The notes under the pieces: generated by a model
Databases searched by the model: none
What the model was told of the DNA's origin: nothing
What the model saw: only the letters and a program-made list of their open reading frames with translations
Position numbers and translations under genes: made by a program
In this document: positions 1-13,400 of the stretch, piece by piece
Position numbering within the stretch: position 1 is the first letter of the stretch
How the letters are laid out: every line of letters begins with the position of its first letter
From: Auanema rhodensis
Lineage: Eukaryota; Animalia; Nematoda
Assembly: GCA_964057225.1 (NCBI GenBank)
Contig: OZ059900.1
Location: 1,984,001 to 2,048,000 of the forward strand
DNA length: 64,000 nucleotides
Direction: 5' to 3'

Positions 1-257
1 TTTTTGAAATTTCCGAGTTTTGAGTCTAATTTGGCTAAATCGCTCATATATATGATCAAAAGCATAGTTTCACTGTCTATGATAACAAAAGTCTTCAAAT
101 ATACACTAATAATGATTAAATCACTGAATTTCAGTCAAATAGCATTACTACACTAAGTATGGTCGTTTTTATGCCTTTAACACCATATACTCACCGATTT
201 TTGGTACAAAATCTGTAATACTTGTAAATTTTGATCATATTTGTTAAGATTCGAGAA

Positions 258-3200
258 TCAAACACATAATACACGAAATAAGTCTATTTTTACAAGTTTG
301 CACTGATATTTATTCATTTTGATCAAAAAAGGTCGAAAATAGAAAGAATTTTTGAAATTTCCGAGTTTTGAGTCCAATTTGGCTAAATCGCTCATATATA
401 AGATCAAAAGCATAGTTTTATTGTCTATAACAACAAAAGTCATCAATTAAACGCTAGTGATATTTAAATACTGATTTTCGCTCAAGTAGCATTACTACAC
501 TAAGTATGGTCGTTTTTATGCCTTTAACACCATATACTCACCGATTTTTGGTACAAAATCTGTAATACTCGTAAATTTTGATCATATTCGTTAAGATTTG
601 AGAATCAAACATACAATACACAAAATCAGTCTATTTTTATGAGCTTGCACTGATATATATTCATTTTGATCAAAAAAGGTCGAAAATAGAAAGAATTTTT
701 GAAATTTCCGAGTTTTGAGTCTAATTTGGCTAAATCGCTCATATATATGATCAGAAGCATAGTTTTATTGTCTATGACAACAAATGTCATCAATTAAACG
801 CTAGTGATGTTTAAATACTGATTTTCGCTCAAATAGCATTACTACACTAAGTATGGTCGTTTTTATGCCTTTAACACCATATACTCACCGATTTTTGGTA
901 CAAAATCTGTAATACTCGTAAATTTTGATCATATTTGTTAAGATTTGAAAATCAAACACACAATAAACAAAATCAGTCTATTTTTATGAGTTTGCACTGA
1001 TATATATTCATTTTGATCAAAAAAGGTCGAAAATAGAAAGAATTTTTGAATTTTCCGAGTTTTGAGTCCAATTGGGCTAAATCGCTCATATATATGATCA
1101 AAAGCATAGTTTTACTGTCTATGATAACAAAAGTCTTCAAATATACACTAATAATGATTAAATCACTGAATTTCAGTCAAATAGCATTACTACACTAAGT
1201 ATGGTCGTTTTTATGCCTTTAACACCATATACTCACCGATTTTTGGTACAAAATCTGTGATACTCGTAAATTTTGATCATATTCAGTGAGATTCGAGAAT
1301 CAAACACACAATACACGAAATAAGTTTATTTTTACGAGTTTGCACTGATATTTATTCATTTTGATCAAAAAAGTTCGAAAACAGAAAGAATTTTTGAAAT
1401 TTCCGAGTTTTGAGTCTAATTTGGCTAAATCGCTCATATATATGATCAGAAGCATAGTTTTATTGTCTATGACAACAAAAGTCATCAATTAAACGCTAGT
1501 GATGTTTAAATACTGAATTTCGCTCAAATAGCATTACTACACTAAGTATGGTCGTTTTTATGCCTTTAACACCATATACTCACCGATTTTTGGTACAAAA
1601 TCTGTAATACTCGTAAATTTCGATCATATCCGTTAAGATTCGAGAATCAAACACACAATACACAAAATAAGTTTATTTTTACGAGTTTGAACTGGTATTT
1701 ATTCATTTTGATCAAAAAAGGTCGAAAATAGAAAGAATTTTTGAAATTTCCGAGTTTTGAGTCTAATTTGGCTAAATCGCTCATATATATGATCAAAAGC
1801 ATAGTTTTACTGTCTATGATAACAAAAGTCATCAATTAAACGCTAGTGATGTTTAAATACTGAATTTCACTCAAATAGCATTACTACACTAAGTATGGTC
1901 GTTTTTATGCCTTTAACACCATATACTCACCGATTTTTGGTACAAAATCTGTAATACTTGTAAATTTTGATCATATTTGTTAAGATTCGAGAATCGAACA
2001 CACAATACAAAAAATAAGTCTATTTTTACAAGTTTGCACTGATATTTATTCATTTTGATCAAAAAAGGTCGAAAATAGAAAGAATTTTTGAAATTTCCGA
2101 GTTTTGAGTCTAATTTGGCTAAATCGCTCATATATATGATCAAAAGCATAGTTTTATTGTCTATAACAACAAAAGTCATCAATTAAACGCTAGTGATATT
2201 TAAATACTGATTTTCGCTCAAGTAGCATTACTACACTAAGTATGGTCGTTTTTATGCCTTTAACACCATATACTCACCGATTTTTGGTACAAAATCTGTA
2301 ATACTTGTAAATTTTGATCATATTTGTTGAGATTCGAGAATCAAACACATAATACAAAAAATAAGTCTATTTTTACAAGTTTGCACTGATATTTATTCAT
2401 TTTGATCAAAAAAGGTCGAAAATAGAAAGAATTTTTGAAATTTCCGAGTTTTGAGTCCAATTTGGCTAAATCGCTCATATATATGATCAAAAGCATAGTT
2501 TTATTGTCTATAACAACAAAAGTCATCAATTAAACGCTAGTGATGTTTAAATACTGAATTTCGCTCAAATAGCATTACTACACTAAGTATGGTCGTTTTT
2601 ATGCCTTTAACACCATATACTCACCGATTTTTGGTACAAAATCTGTAATACTCGTAAATTTTGATCATATTCGTTAAGATTTGAGAATCAAACATACAAT
2701 ACACAAAATCAGTCTATTTTTATGAGCTTGCACTGATATATATTCATTTTGATCAAAAAAGGTCGAAAATAGAAAGAATTTTTGAAATTTCCGAGTTTTG
2801 AGTCTAATTTGGCTAAATCGCTCATATATATGATCAGAAGCATAGTTTTATTGTCTATGACAACAAATGTCATCAATTAAACGCTAGTGATGTTTAAATA
2901 CTGATTTTCGCTCAAATAGCATTACTACACTAAGTATGGTCGTTTTTATGCCTTTAACACCATATACTCACCGATTTTTGGTACAAAATCTGTAATACTC
3001 GTAAATTTTGATCATATTTGTTAAGATTTGAAAATCAAACACACAATAAACAAAATCAGTCTATTTTTATGAGTTTGCACTGATATATATTCATTTTGAT
3101 CAAAAAAGGTCGAAAATAGAAAGAATTTTTGAATTTTCCGAGTTTTGAGTCCAATTGGGCTAAATCGCTCATATATATGATCAAAAGCATAGTTTTACTG

Positions 3201-4422
3201 TCTATGATAACAAAAGTCATCAATTAAACGCTAGTGATGTTTAAATACTGATTTTCGCTCAAATAGCATTACTACACTAAGTATGGTCGTTTTTATGCCT
3301 TTAACACCATATACTCACCGATTTTTGGTACAAAATCTGTGATACTCGTAAATTTTGATCATATTCAGTGAGATTCGAGAATCAAACACACAATACACGA
3401 AATAAGTTTATTTTTACGAGTTTGCACTGATATTTATTCATTTTGATCAAAAAAGTTCGAAAACAGAAAGAATTTTTGAAATTTCCGAGTTTTGAGTCTA
3501 ATTTGGCTAAATCGCTCATATATATGATCAGAAGCATAGTTTTATTGTCTATGACAACAAAAGTCATCAATTAAACGCTAGTGATGTTTAAATACTGAAT
3601 TTCGCTCAAATAGCATTACTACACTAAGTATGGTCGTTTTTATGCCTTTAACACCATATACTCACCGATTTTTGGTACAAAATCTGTAATACTCGTAAAT
3701 TTCGATCATATCCGTTAAGATTCGAGAATCAAACACACAATACACAAAATAAGTTTATTTTTACGAGTTTGAACTGGTATTTATTCATTTTGATCAAAAA
3801 AGGTCGAAAATAGAAAGAATTTTTGAAATTTCCGAGTTTTGAGTCTAATTTGGCTAAATCGCTCATATATATGATCAAAAGCATAGTTTTACTGTCTATG
3901 ATAACAAAAGTCATCAATTAAACGCTAGTGATGTTTAAATACTGAATTTCACTCAAATAGCATTACTACACTAAGTATGGTCGTTTTTATGCCTTTAACA
4001 CCATATACTCACCGATTTTTGGTACAAAATCTGTAATACTTGTAAATTTTGATCATATTTGTTAAGATTCGAGAATCGAACACACAATACAAAAAATAAG
4101 TCTATTTTTACAAGTTTGCACTGATATTTATTCATTTTGATCAAAAAAGGTCGAAAATAGAAAGAATTTTTGAAATTTCCGAGTTTTGAGTCTAATTTGG
4201 CTAAATCGCTCATATATATGATCAAAAGCATAGTTTTATTGTCTATAACAACAAAAGTCATCAATTAAACGCTAGTGATATTTAAATACTGATTTTCGCT
4301 CAAGTAGCATTACTACACTAAGTATGGTCGTTTTTATGCCTTTAACACCATATACTCACCGATTTTTGGTACAAATTCTGTAATACTTGTAAATTTTGAT
4401 CATATTCGTTAAGATTTGAGAA
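258..4422. repeat. 6-monomer higher-order repeat (2082-2083 bp), about 2 copies
   Basis: Identical ORF variants occur at 1300/3382, 1647/3729 and 1913/3995. The private variants AAGTTCGAAAACAG and CAAATGTCATC each occur twice at this spacing. Confidence 0.9.
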
Positions 4423-7400
4423 TCAAACATACAATACACAAAATCAGTCTATTTTTATGAGCTTGCACTGATATATATTCATTTTGATCAAAAAAGGTCG
4501 AAAATAGAAAGAATTTTTGAAATTTCCGAGTTTTGAGTCTAATTTGGCTAAATCGCTCATATATATGATCAGAAGCATAGTTTTATTGTCTATGACAACA
4601 AAAATCATCAATTAAACGCTAGTGATGTTTAAATACTGATTTTCGCTCAAATAGCATTACTACACTAAGTATGGTCGTTTTTATGCCTTTAACACCATAT
4701 ACTCACCGATTTTTGGTACAAAATCTGTAATACTCGTAAAATTTGATCATATTTGTTAAGATTTGAGAATCAAACACACAATACACAAAATCAGTCTATT
4801 TTTATGAGTTTACACTGATATATATTCATTTTCATCAAAAAAGGTCGAAAATAGAAAGAATTTTTGAAATTTCCGAGTTTTGAGTCTAATTTGGCTAAAT
4901 CGCTCATATATATGATCAGAAGCATAGTTTTATTGTCTATGACAACAAAAATCATCAATTAAACGCTAGTGATGTTTAAATACTGAATTTCGCTCAAATA
5001 GCATTACTACACTAAGTATGGTCGTTTTTATGCCTTTAACACCATATACTCACCGATTTTTGGTACAAAATCTGTAATACTCGTAAATTTTGATCATATT
5101 CGGTGAGATTCGAGAATCAAACACACAATACACGAAATAAGTTTATTTTGACGAGTTTGAACTGGTATTCATTCATTTTGATCAAAAAAGGTCGAAAATA
5201 GAAAGAATTTTTGAAATTTCCGAGTTTTGAGTCTAATTTGGCTAAATCGCTCATATATATGATCAAAAGCATAGTTTTACTGTCTATGATAACAAAAGTC
5301 TTCAAATATACACTAATAATGATTGAATCACTGAATTTCACTCAAATAGCATTACTACACTACGTATGGTCGTTTTTATGCCTTTAACACCATATACTCA
5401 CCGATTTTTGGTACAAAATCTGTGATACTCGTAAATTTTGATCATATTCGGTGAGATTCGAGAATCGAACACACAATACACAAAATAAGTCTATTTTTAC
5501 GAGTTTGCACTGATATTTATTCATTTTGATCAAAAAAGGTCGAAAATAGAAAGAATTTTTGAAATTTCCGAGTTTTGAGTCTAATTTGGCTAAATCGCTC
5601 ATATATATGATCAAAAGCATAGTTTTACTGTCTATGATAACAAAAGTCTTCAAATATACACTAATAATGTGTAAATCACTGAATTTCACTCAAATAGCTT
5701 TACTACACTAAGTATGGTCGTTTTTATGCCTTTAACACCATATACTCACCGATTTTTGGTACAAAATCTGTAATACTCGTAAATTTTGATCATATTCGTT
5801 AAGATTTGAGAATCAAACATACAATACACAAAATCAGTCTATTTTTATGAGCTTGCACTGATATATATTCATTTTGATCAAAAAAGGTCGAAAATAGAAA
5901 GAATTTTTGAATTTTCCGAGTTTTGAGTCCAATTGGGCTAAATCGCTCATATATATGATCAAAAGCATAGTTTCACTGTCTATGATAACAAAAGTCTTCA
6001 AATATACACTAGTAATGATTAAATCACTGAATTTCACTCAAATAGCTTTACTACACTAAGTATGGTCGTTTTTATGCCTTTAACACCATATACTCACCGA
6101 TTTTTGGTACAAAATCTGTAATACTCGTAAATTTCGATCATATCCGTTAAGATTCGAGAATCAAACACACAATACACAAAATAAGTTTATTTTTACGAGT
6201 TTGCACTGATATTTATTCATTTTGATCAAAAAAGGTCGAAAATAGAAAGAATTTTTGAATTTTCCGAGTTTTGAGTCCAATTGGGCTAAATCGCTCATAT
6301 ATATGATCAAAAGCATAGTTTCACTGTCTATGATAACAAAAGTCTTCAAATATACACTAGTAATGATTAAATCACTGAATTTCACTCAAATAGCTTTACT
6401 ACACTAAGTATGGTCGTTTTTATGCCTTTAACACCATATACTCACCGATTTTTGGTACAAAATCTGTAATACTCGTAAATTTCGATCATATCCGTTAAGA
6501 TTCGAGAATCAAACACACAATACACAAAATAAGTTTATTTTTACGAGTTTGCACTGATATTTATTCATTTTGATCAAAAAAGGTCGAAAATAGAAAGAAT
6601 TTTTGAATTTTCCGAGTTTTGAGTCCAATTGGGCTAAATCGCTCATATATATGATCAAAAGCATAGTTTCACTGTCTATGATAACAAAAGTCTTCAAATA
6701 TACACTAGTAATGATTAAATCACTGAATTTCACTCAAATAGCTTTACTACACTAAGTATGGTCGTTTTTATGCCTTTAACACCATATACTCACCGATTTT
6801 TGGTAGCCAAATTGGACTTTTTTTTGGACAATTTTTTCAAAATCTGTAATACTCGTAAATTTCGATCATATCCGTTAAGATTCGAGAATCAAACACACAA
6901 TACACGAAATAAGTTTATTTTTACGAGTTTGCACTGATATTTATTCATTTTGATCAAAAAAGGTCGAAAATAGAAAGAATTTTTGAATTTTCCGAGTTTT
7001 GAGTCCAATTTGGCTAAATCGCTCATATATATGATCAAAAGCATAGTTCTATTGTCTATAACAACAAAAGTCTTTAATTAAACGCTAGTGATGTTTTAAT
7101 ACTGAATTTTGCTCAAATAGCAATACTACACTAAGTATGGTCGTTTTTATGCCTTTAACACCATATACTCACCGATTTTTGGTACAAAATCTGTAATACT
7201 TGTAAATTTTGATCATATTCGTTAAGATTCGAAAATCAAACACACAATACACGAAATAAGTTTATTTTTACAAGTTTGCACTGATATTTATTCATTTTGA
7301 TCAAAAAAGGTCGAAAATAGAAAGAATTTTTGAAATTTCCGAGTTTTGAGTCTAATTTGGCTAAATCGCTCATATATATGATCAGAAGCATAGGTGTATT

Positions 7401-10400
7401 GTCTATGACAACAAAAGTCATTAATTAAACACTAATGATGTTTAAATCACTAAATTTCGCTCTAATAGCATTACTACACTAAGTATGGTCGCTTTTATGA
7501 CTTTAACACCATATACTCACCGATTTTTGGTACAAAATCTGTAATACTCGTAAATTTTGATCATATTCGTTAAGATTTGAGAATCAAACACACAATACAC
7601 AATATCAGTCTATTTTTATGAGCTTGCACTGATATATATTCATTTTGATCAAAAAAGGTCGAAAATAGAAAGAATTTTTGAAATTTCCGAGTTTTGAGTC
7701 CAATTTGGCTAAATCGCTCATATATATGATCAAAAGCATAGTTCTATTGTCTATAACAACAAAAGTCTTTAATTAAACGCTAGTGATGTTTTAATACTGA
7801 ATTTTGCTCAAATAGCATTACTACACTAAGTATGGTCGTTTTTATGCCTTTAACACCATATACTCACCGATTTTTGGTACAAAATCTGTAATACTTGTAA
7901 ATTTTGATCATATTCGTTAAGATTCGAAAATCAAACACACAATACACGAAATAAGTTTATTTTTACAAGTTTGCACTGATATTTATTCATTTTGATCAAA
8001 AAAGGTCGAAAATAGAAAGAATTTTTGAAATTTCCGAGTTTTGAGTCTAATTTGGCTAAATCGCTCATATATATGATCAAAAGCATAGTTTCACTGTCTA
8101 TGATAACAAAAGTCTTCAAATATACACTAGTAATGATTAAATCACTGAATTTCACTCAAATAGCATTACTACACTAAGTATGGTCGTTTTTATGCCTTTA
8201 ACACCATATACTCACCGATTTTTGGTACAAAATCTGTAATACTTGTAAATTTTGATCATATTCGTTAAGATTTGAGAATCAAACACATAATACACGAAAT
8301 AAGTCTATTTTTATGAGTTTGCACTGATATTTATTCATTTTGATCAAAAAAGGTCGAAAATAGAAAGAATTTTTGAAATTTCCGAGTTTTGAATCCAATT
8401 GGGCTAAATCGCTCATATATATGATCAAAAGCATAGTTTTATTGTCTATGATAACAAAAGTCTTCAAATATACACTAATAATGTGTAAATCACTGAATTT
8501 CACTCAAATAGCTTTACTACACTAAGTATGGTCGTTTTTATGCCTTTAACACCATATACTCACCGATTTTTGGTACAAAATCTGTAATACTCGTAAATTT
8601 TGATCATATTCGTTAAGATTTGAGAATCAAACATACAATACACAAAATCAGTCTATTTTTATGAGCTTGCACTGATATATATTCATTTTGATCAAAAAAG
8701 GTCGAAAATAGAAAGAATTTTTGAAATTTCCGAGTTTTGAGTCTAATTTGGCTAAATCGCTCATATATATGATCAAAAGCATAGTTTTACTGTCTATGAT
8801 AACAAAAGTCTTCAAATATACACTAATAATGTGTAAATCACTGAATTTCACTCAAATAGCTTTACTACACTAAGTATGGTCGTTTTTATGCCTTTAACAC
8901 CATATACTCACCGATTTTTGGTACAAAATCTGTAATACTCGTAAATTTTGATCATATTCGTTAAGATTTGAGAATCAAACATACAATACACAAAATCAGT
9001 CTATTTTTATAAGCTTGCACTGATATATATTCATTTTGATCAAAAAAGATCGAAAATAGAAAGAATTTTTGAAATTTCCGAGTTTTGAGTCCAATTTGGC
9101 TAAATCGCTCATATATATGATCAGAAGCATAAGTGTATTGTCTATGACAACAAAAGTCATTAATTAAACACTAATGATGTTTAAATCACTAAATTTCGCT
9201 CTAATAGCATTACTACACTAAGTATGGTCGTTTTTATGCCTTTAACACCATATACTCACCGATTTTTGGTACAAAATCTGTGATACTCGTAAATTTTGAT
9301 CATATTCGTTAAGATTTGAAAATCAAACACACAATAAACAAAATCAGTCTATTTTTATGAGTTTGCACTGATATATATTCATTTTGATCAAAAAAGGTCG
9401 AAAATAGAAAGAATTTTTGAATTTTCCGAGTTTTGAGTCCAATTGGGCTAAATCGCTCATATATATGATCAGAAGCATAGATGTATTGTCTATGACAACA
9501 AAAGTCATTAATTGAACACTAATGATGTTTAAATCACTGAATTTCGCTCAAATAGCATTACTACACTAAGGATGGTCGTTTTTATGCCTTTAACACCATA
9601 TACTCACCGATTTTTGGTACAAAATCTGTGATACTCGTAAATTTTGATCATATTCGTTAAGATTCAAAAATCAAACACACAATACACGAAATAAGTTCAT
9701 TTTTACGAGTTTGCACTGATATTTATTCATTTTGATCAAAAAAGGTCGAAAATAGAAAGAATTTTTGAAATTTCCGAGTTTTGAGTCTAATTTGGCTAAA
9801 TCGCTCATATATATGATCAAAAGCATAGTTTTATTGTCTATGACAACAAAAGTCATCAATTAAACGCTAGTGATGTTTAAATACTGAATTTCGCTCAAAT
9901 AGCATTACTACACTAAGTATGGTCGTTTTTATGCCTTTAACACCATATACTCACCGATTTTTGGTACAAAATCTGTAATACTCGTAAATTTTGATCATAT
10001 TCGTTAAGATTTGAGAATCAAACATACAATACACAAAATCAGTCTATTTTTATGAGCTTGCACTGATATATATTCATTTTGATCAAAAAAGGTCGAAAAT
10101 AGAAAGAATTTTTGAAATTTACGAGTTTTGAGTCTAATTTGGCTAAATCGCTCATATATATGATCAAAAGCATAGTTTTATTGTCTATGACAACAAAAGT
10201 CATCAATTAAACGCTAGTGATGTTTAAATACTGAATTTCGCTCAAATAGCATTAGTACACTAAGTATGGTCGTTTTTATGCCTTTAACACCATATACTCA
10301 CCGATTTTTGGTACAAAATCTGTAATACTTGTAAATTTTGATCATATTCGTTAAGATTCGAGAATCAAACACATAATACACGAAATAAGTCTATTTTTAT

Positions 10401-13400
10401 GAGTTTGCACTGATATTTATTCATTTTGATCAAAAAAGGTCGAAAATAGAAAGAATTTTTGAAATTTCCGAGTTTTGAGTCCAATTGGGCTAAATCGCTC
10501 ATATATATGATCAAAAGCATAGTTTTACTGTCTATGATAACAAAAGTCTTCAAATATACACTAATAATGTGTAAATCACTGAATTTCACTCAAATAGCTT
10601 TACTACACTAAGTATGGTCGTTTTTATGCCTTTAACACCATATACTCACCGATTTTTGGTACAAAATCTGTAATACTCGTAAATTTTGATCATATTCGTT
10701 AAGATTTGAGAATCAAACATACAATACACAAAATCAGTCTATTTTTATAAGCTTGCACTGATATATATTCATTTTGATCAAAAAAGGTCGAAAATAGAAA
10801 GAATTTTTGAAATTTCCGAGTTTTGAGTCTAATTTGGCTAAATCGCTCATATACATGATCAGAAGCATAGTTTCATTGTCTATGACAACAAAAGTCATCA
10901 ATTTAACGCTAGTGATGTTTAAATACTGATTTTCGCTCAAATAGCATTACTACACTAAGTATGGTCGTTTTTATGCCTTTAACACCATATACTCACCGAG
11001 TTTTGGTACAAAATCTGTGATACTCGTAAATTTTGATCATATTCGGTGAGATTCGAGGATCGAACACACAATACACAAAATAAGTTTATTTTTACGAGTT
11101 TGCACTGATATTTATTCATTTTTATCAAAAAAGGTCGAAAATAGAAAGAATTTTTGAAATTTCCGAGTTTTGAGTCTAATTTGGCTAAATCGCTCATATA
11201 TATGATCAAAAGCATAGTTTTATTGTCTATGACAACAAAAGTCATCAATTAAACGCTAGTGATGTTTAAATCACTGAATTTCACTCAAATAGCTTTACTA
11301 CACTAAGTATGGTCGTTTTTATGCCTTTAACACCATATACTCACCGATTTTTGGTACAAAATCTGTAATACTCGTAAACTTTGATCATATTCGTTAAGAT
11401 TTGAGAATCAAACATACAATACACAAAATCAGTCTATTTTTATAAGCTTGCACTGATATATATTCATTTTGATCAAAAAAGGTCGAAAATAGAAAGAATT
11501 TTTGAAATTTCCGAGTTTTGAGTCTAATTTGGCTAAATCGCTCATATATATGATCAAAAGCATAGTTTTACTGTCTATGATAACAAAAGTCTTCAAATAT
11601 ACACTAATAATGTGTAAATCACTGAATTTCACTCAAATAGCTTTACTACACTAAGTATGGTCGTTTTTATGCCTTTAACACCATATACTCACCGATTTTT
11701 GGTACAAAATCTGTAATACTCGTAAATTTTGATCATATTCGTTAAGATTTGAGAATCAAACATACAATACACAAAATCAGTCTATTTTTACGAGTTTGCA
11801 CTGATATATATTCATTTTGATCAAAAAAGGTCGAAAATAGAAAGAATTTTTGAAATTTCCGAGTTTTGAGTCTAATTTGGCTAAATCGCTCATATATATG
11901 ATCAAAAGCATAGTTTTATTGTCTATGACAACAAAAGTCGTCAATTAAACGCTAGTGATGTTTAAATACTGAATTTCGCTCAAATAGCATTACTACACTA
12001 AGTATGGTCGTTTTTATGCCTTTAACACCATATACTCACCGATTTTTGGTACAAAATCTGTAATACTCGTAAATTTTGATCATATTCGTTAAGATTTGAG
12101 AATCAAACATACAATACACAAAATCAGTCTATTTTTATGAGCTTGCACTGATATATATTCATTTTGATCAAAAAAGGTCGAAAATAGAAAGAATTTTTGA
12201 AATTTACGAGTTTTGAGTCTAATTTGGCTAAATCGCTCATATATATGATCAGAAGCATAGTTTTATTGTCTATGACAACAAAAGTCATTAGTTAAACACT
12301 AATGATGTTTAAATCACTAAATTTCGCTCAAATAGCATTACTACACTAAGTATGGTCGTTTTTATGCCTTTAACACCATATACTCACCGATTTTTGGTAC
12401 AAAATCTGTAATACTCGTAAATTTTGATCATATTCGGTGAGATTCGAGAATCAAACACACAATACACGAAATAAGTTTATTTTGACGAGTTTGAACTGGT
12501 ATTTATTCATTTTGATCAAAAAAGGTCGAAAATAGAAAGAATTTTTGAATTTTCCGAGTTTTGAGTCCAATTGGGCTAAATCGCTCATATATATGATCAA
12601 AAGCATAGTTTTACTGTCTATGATAACAAAAGTCTTCAAATATACACTAATAATGATTAAATCACTGAATTTCACTCAAATAGCATTACTACACTAAGTA
12701 TGGTCGTTTTTATGCCTTTAACACCATATACTCACCGATTTTTGGTACAAAATCTGTAATACTTGTAAATTTTGATCATATTTGTTAAGATTCGAGAATC
12801 GAACACACAATACAAAAAATAAGTCTATTTTTACAAGTTTGCACTGATATTTATTCATTTTGATCAAAAAAGGTCGAAAATAGAAAGAATTTTTGAAATT
12901 TCCGAGTTTTGAGTCTAATTTGGCTAAATCGCTCATATATATGATCAAAAGCATAGTTTTATTGTCTATAACAACAAAAGTCATCAATTAAACGCTAGTG
13001 ATATTTAAATACTGATTTTCGCTCAAATAGCATTACTACACTAAGTATGGTCGTTTTTATGCCTTTAACACCATATACTCACCGATTTTTGGTACAAAAT
13101 CTGTAATACTCGTAAAATTTGATCATATTTGTTAAGATTTGAGAATCAAACACACAATACACAAAATCAGTCTATTTTTATGAGTTTACACTGATATATA
13201 TTCATTTTCATCAAAAAAGGTCGAAAATAGAAAGAATTTTTGAAATTTCCGAGTTTTGAGTCTAATTTGGCTAAATCGCTCATATATATGATCAGAAGCA
13301 TAGTTTTATTGTCTATGACAACAAAAATCATCAATTAAACGCTAGTGATGTTTAAATACTGAATTTCGCTCAAATAGCATTACTACACTAAGTATGGTCG

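Noticed and set aside
579-926. An 87-bp four-fold subrepeat suggested by TGATCA spacing
   Set aside because: The spacings are 88, 81 and 178, with no convincing fourth site or flanking alignment. Only the half-period similarity is retained.
5098-5116. CENP-B-box-like motif (TTCGGTGAGATTCGAGA / TTCGTTAAGATTCGAGA)
   Set aside because: The canonical core is TTCGNNNNANNCGGG. Here the spacing is one base longer and CGGG is CGAG. The site is also among the most variable in the monomer.
6806-6837. The insertion as a MITE, retroposed poly(A) tail or simple target-site duplication
   Set aside because: It has no terminal repeats matching the transposon and no flanking duplication. It is better explained by local templates.
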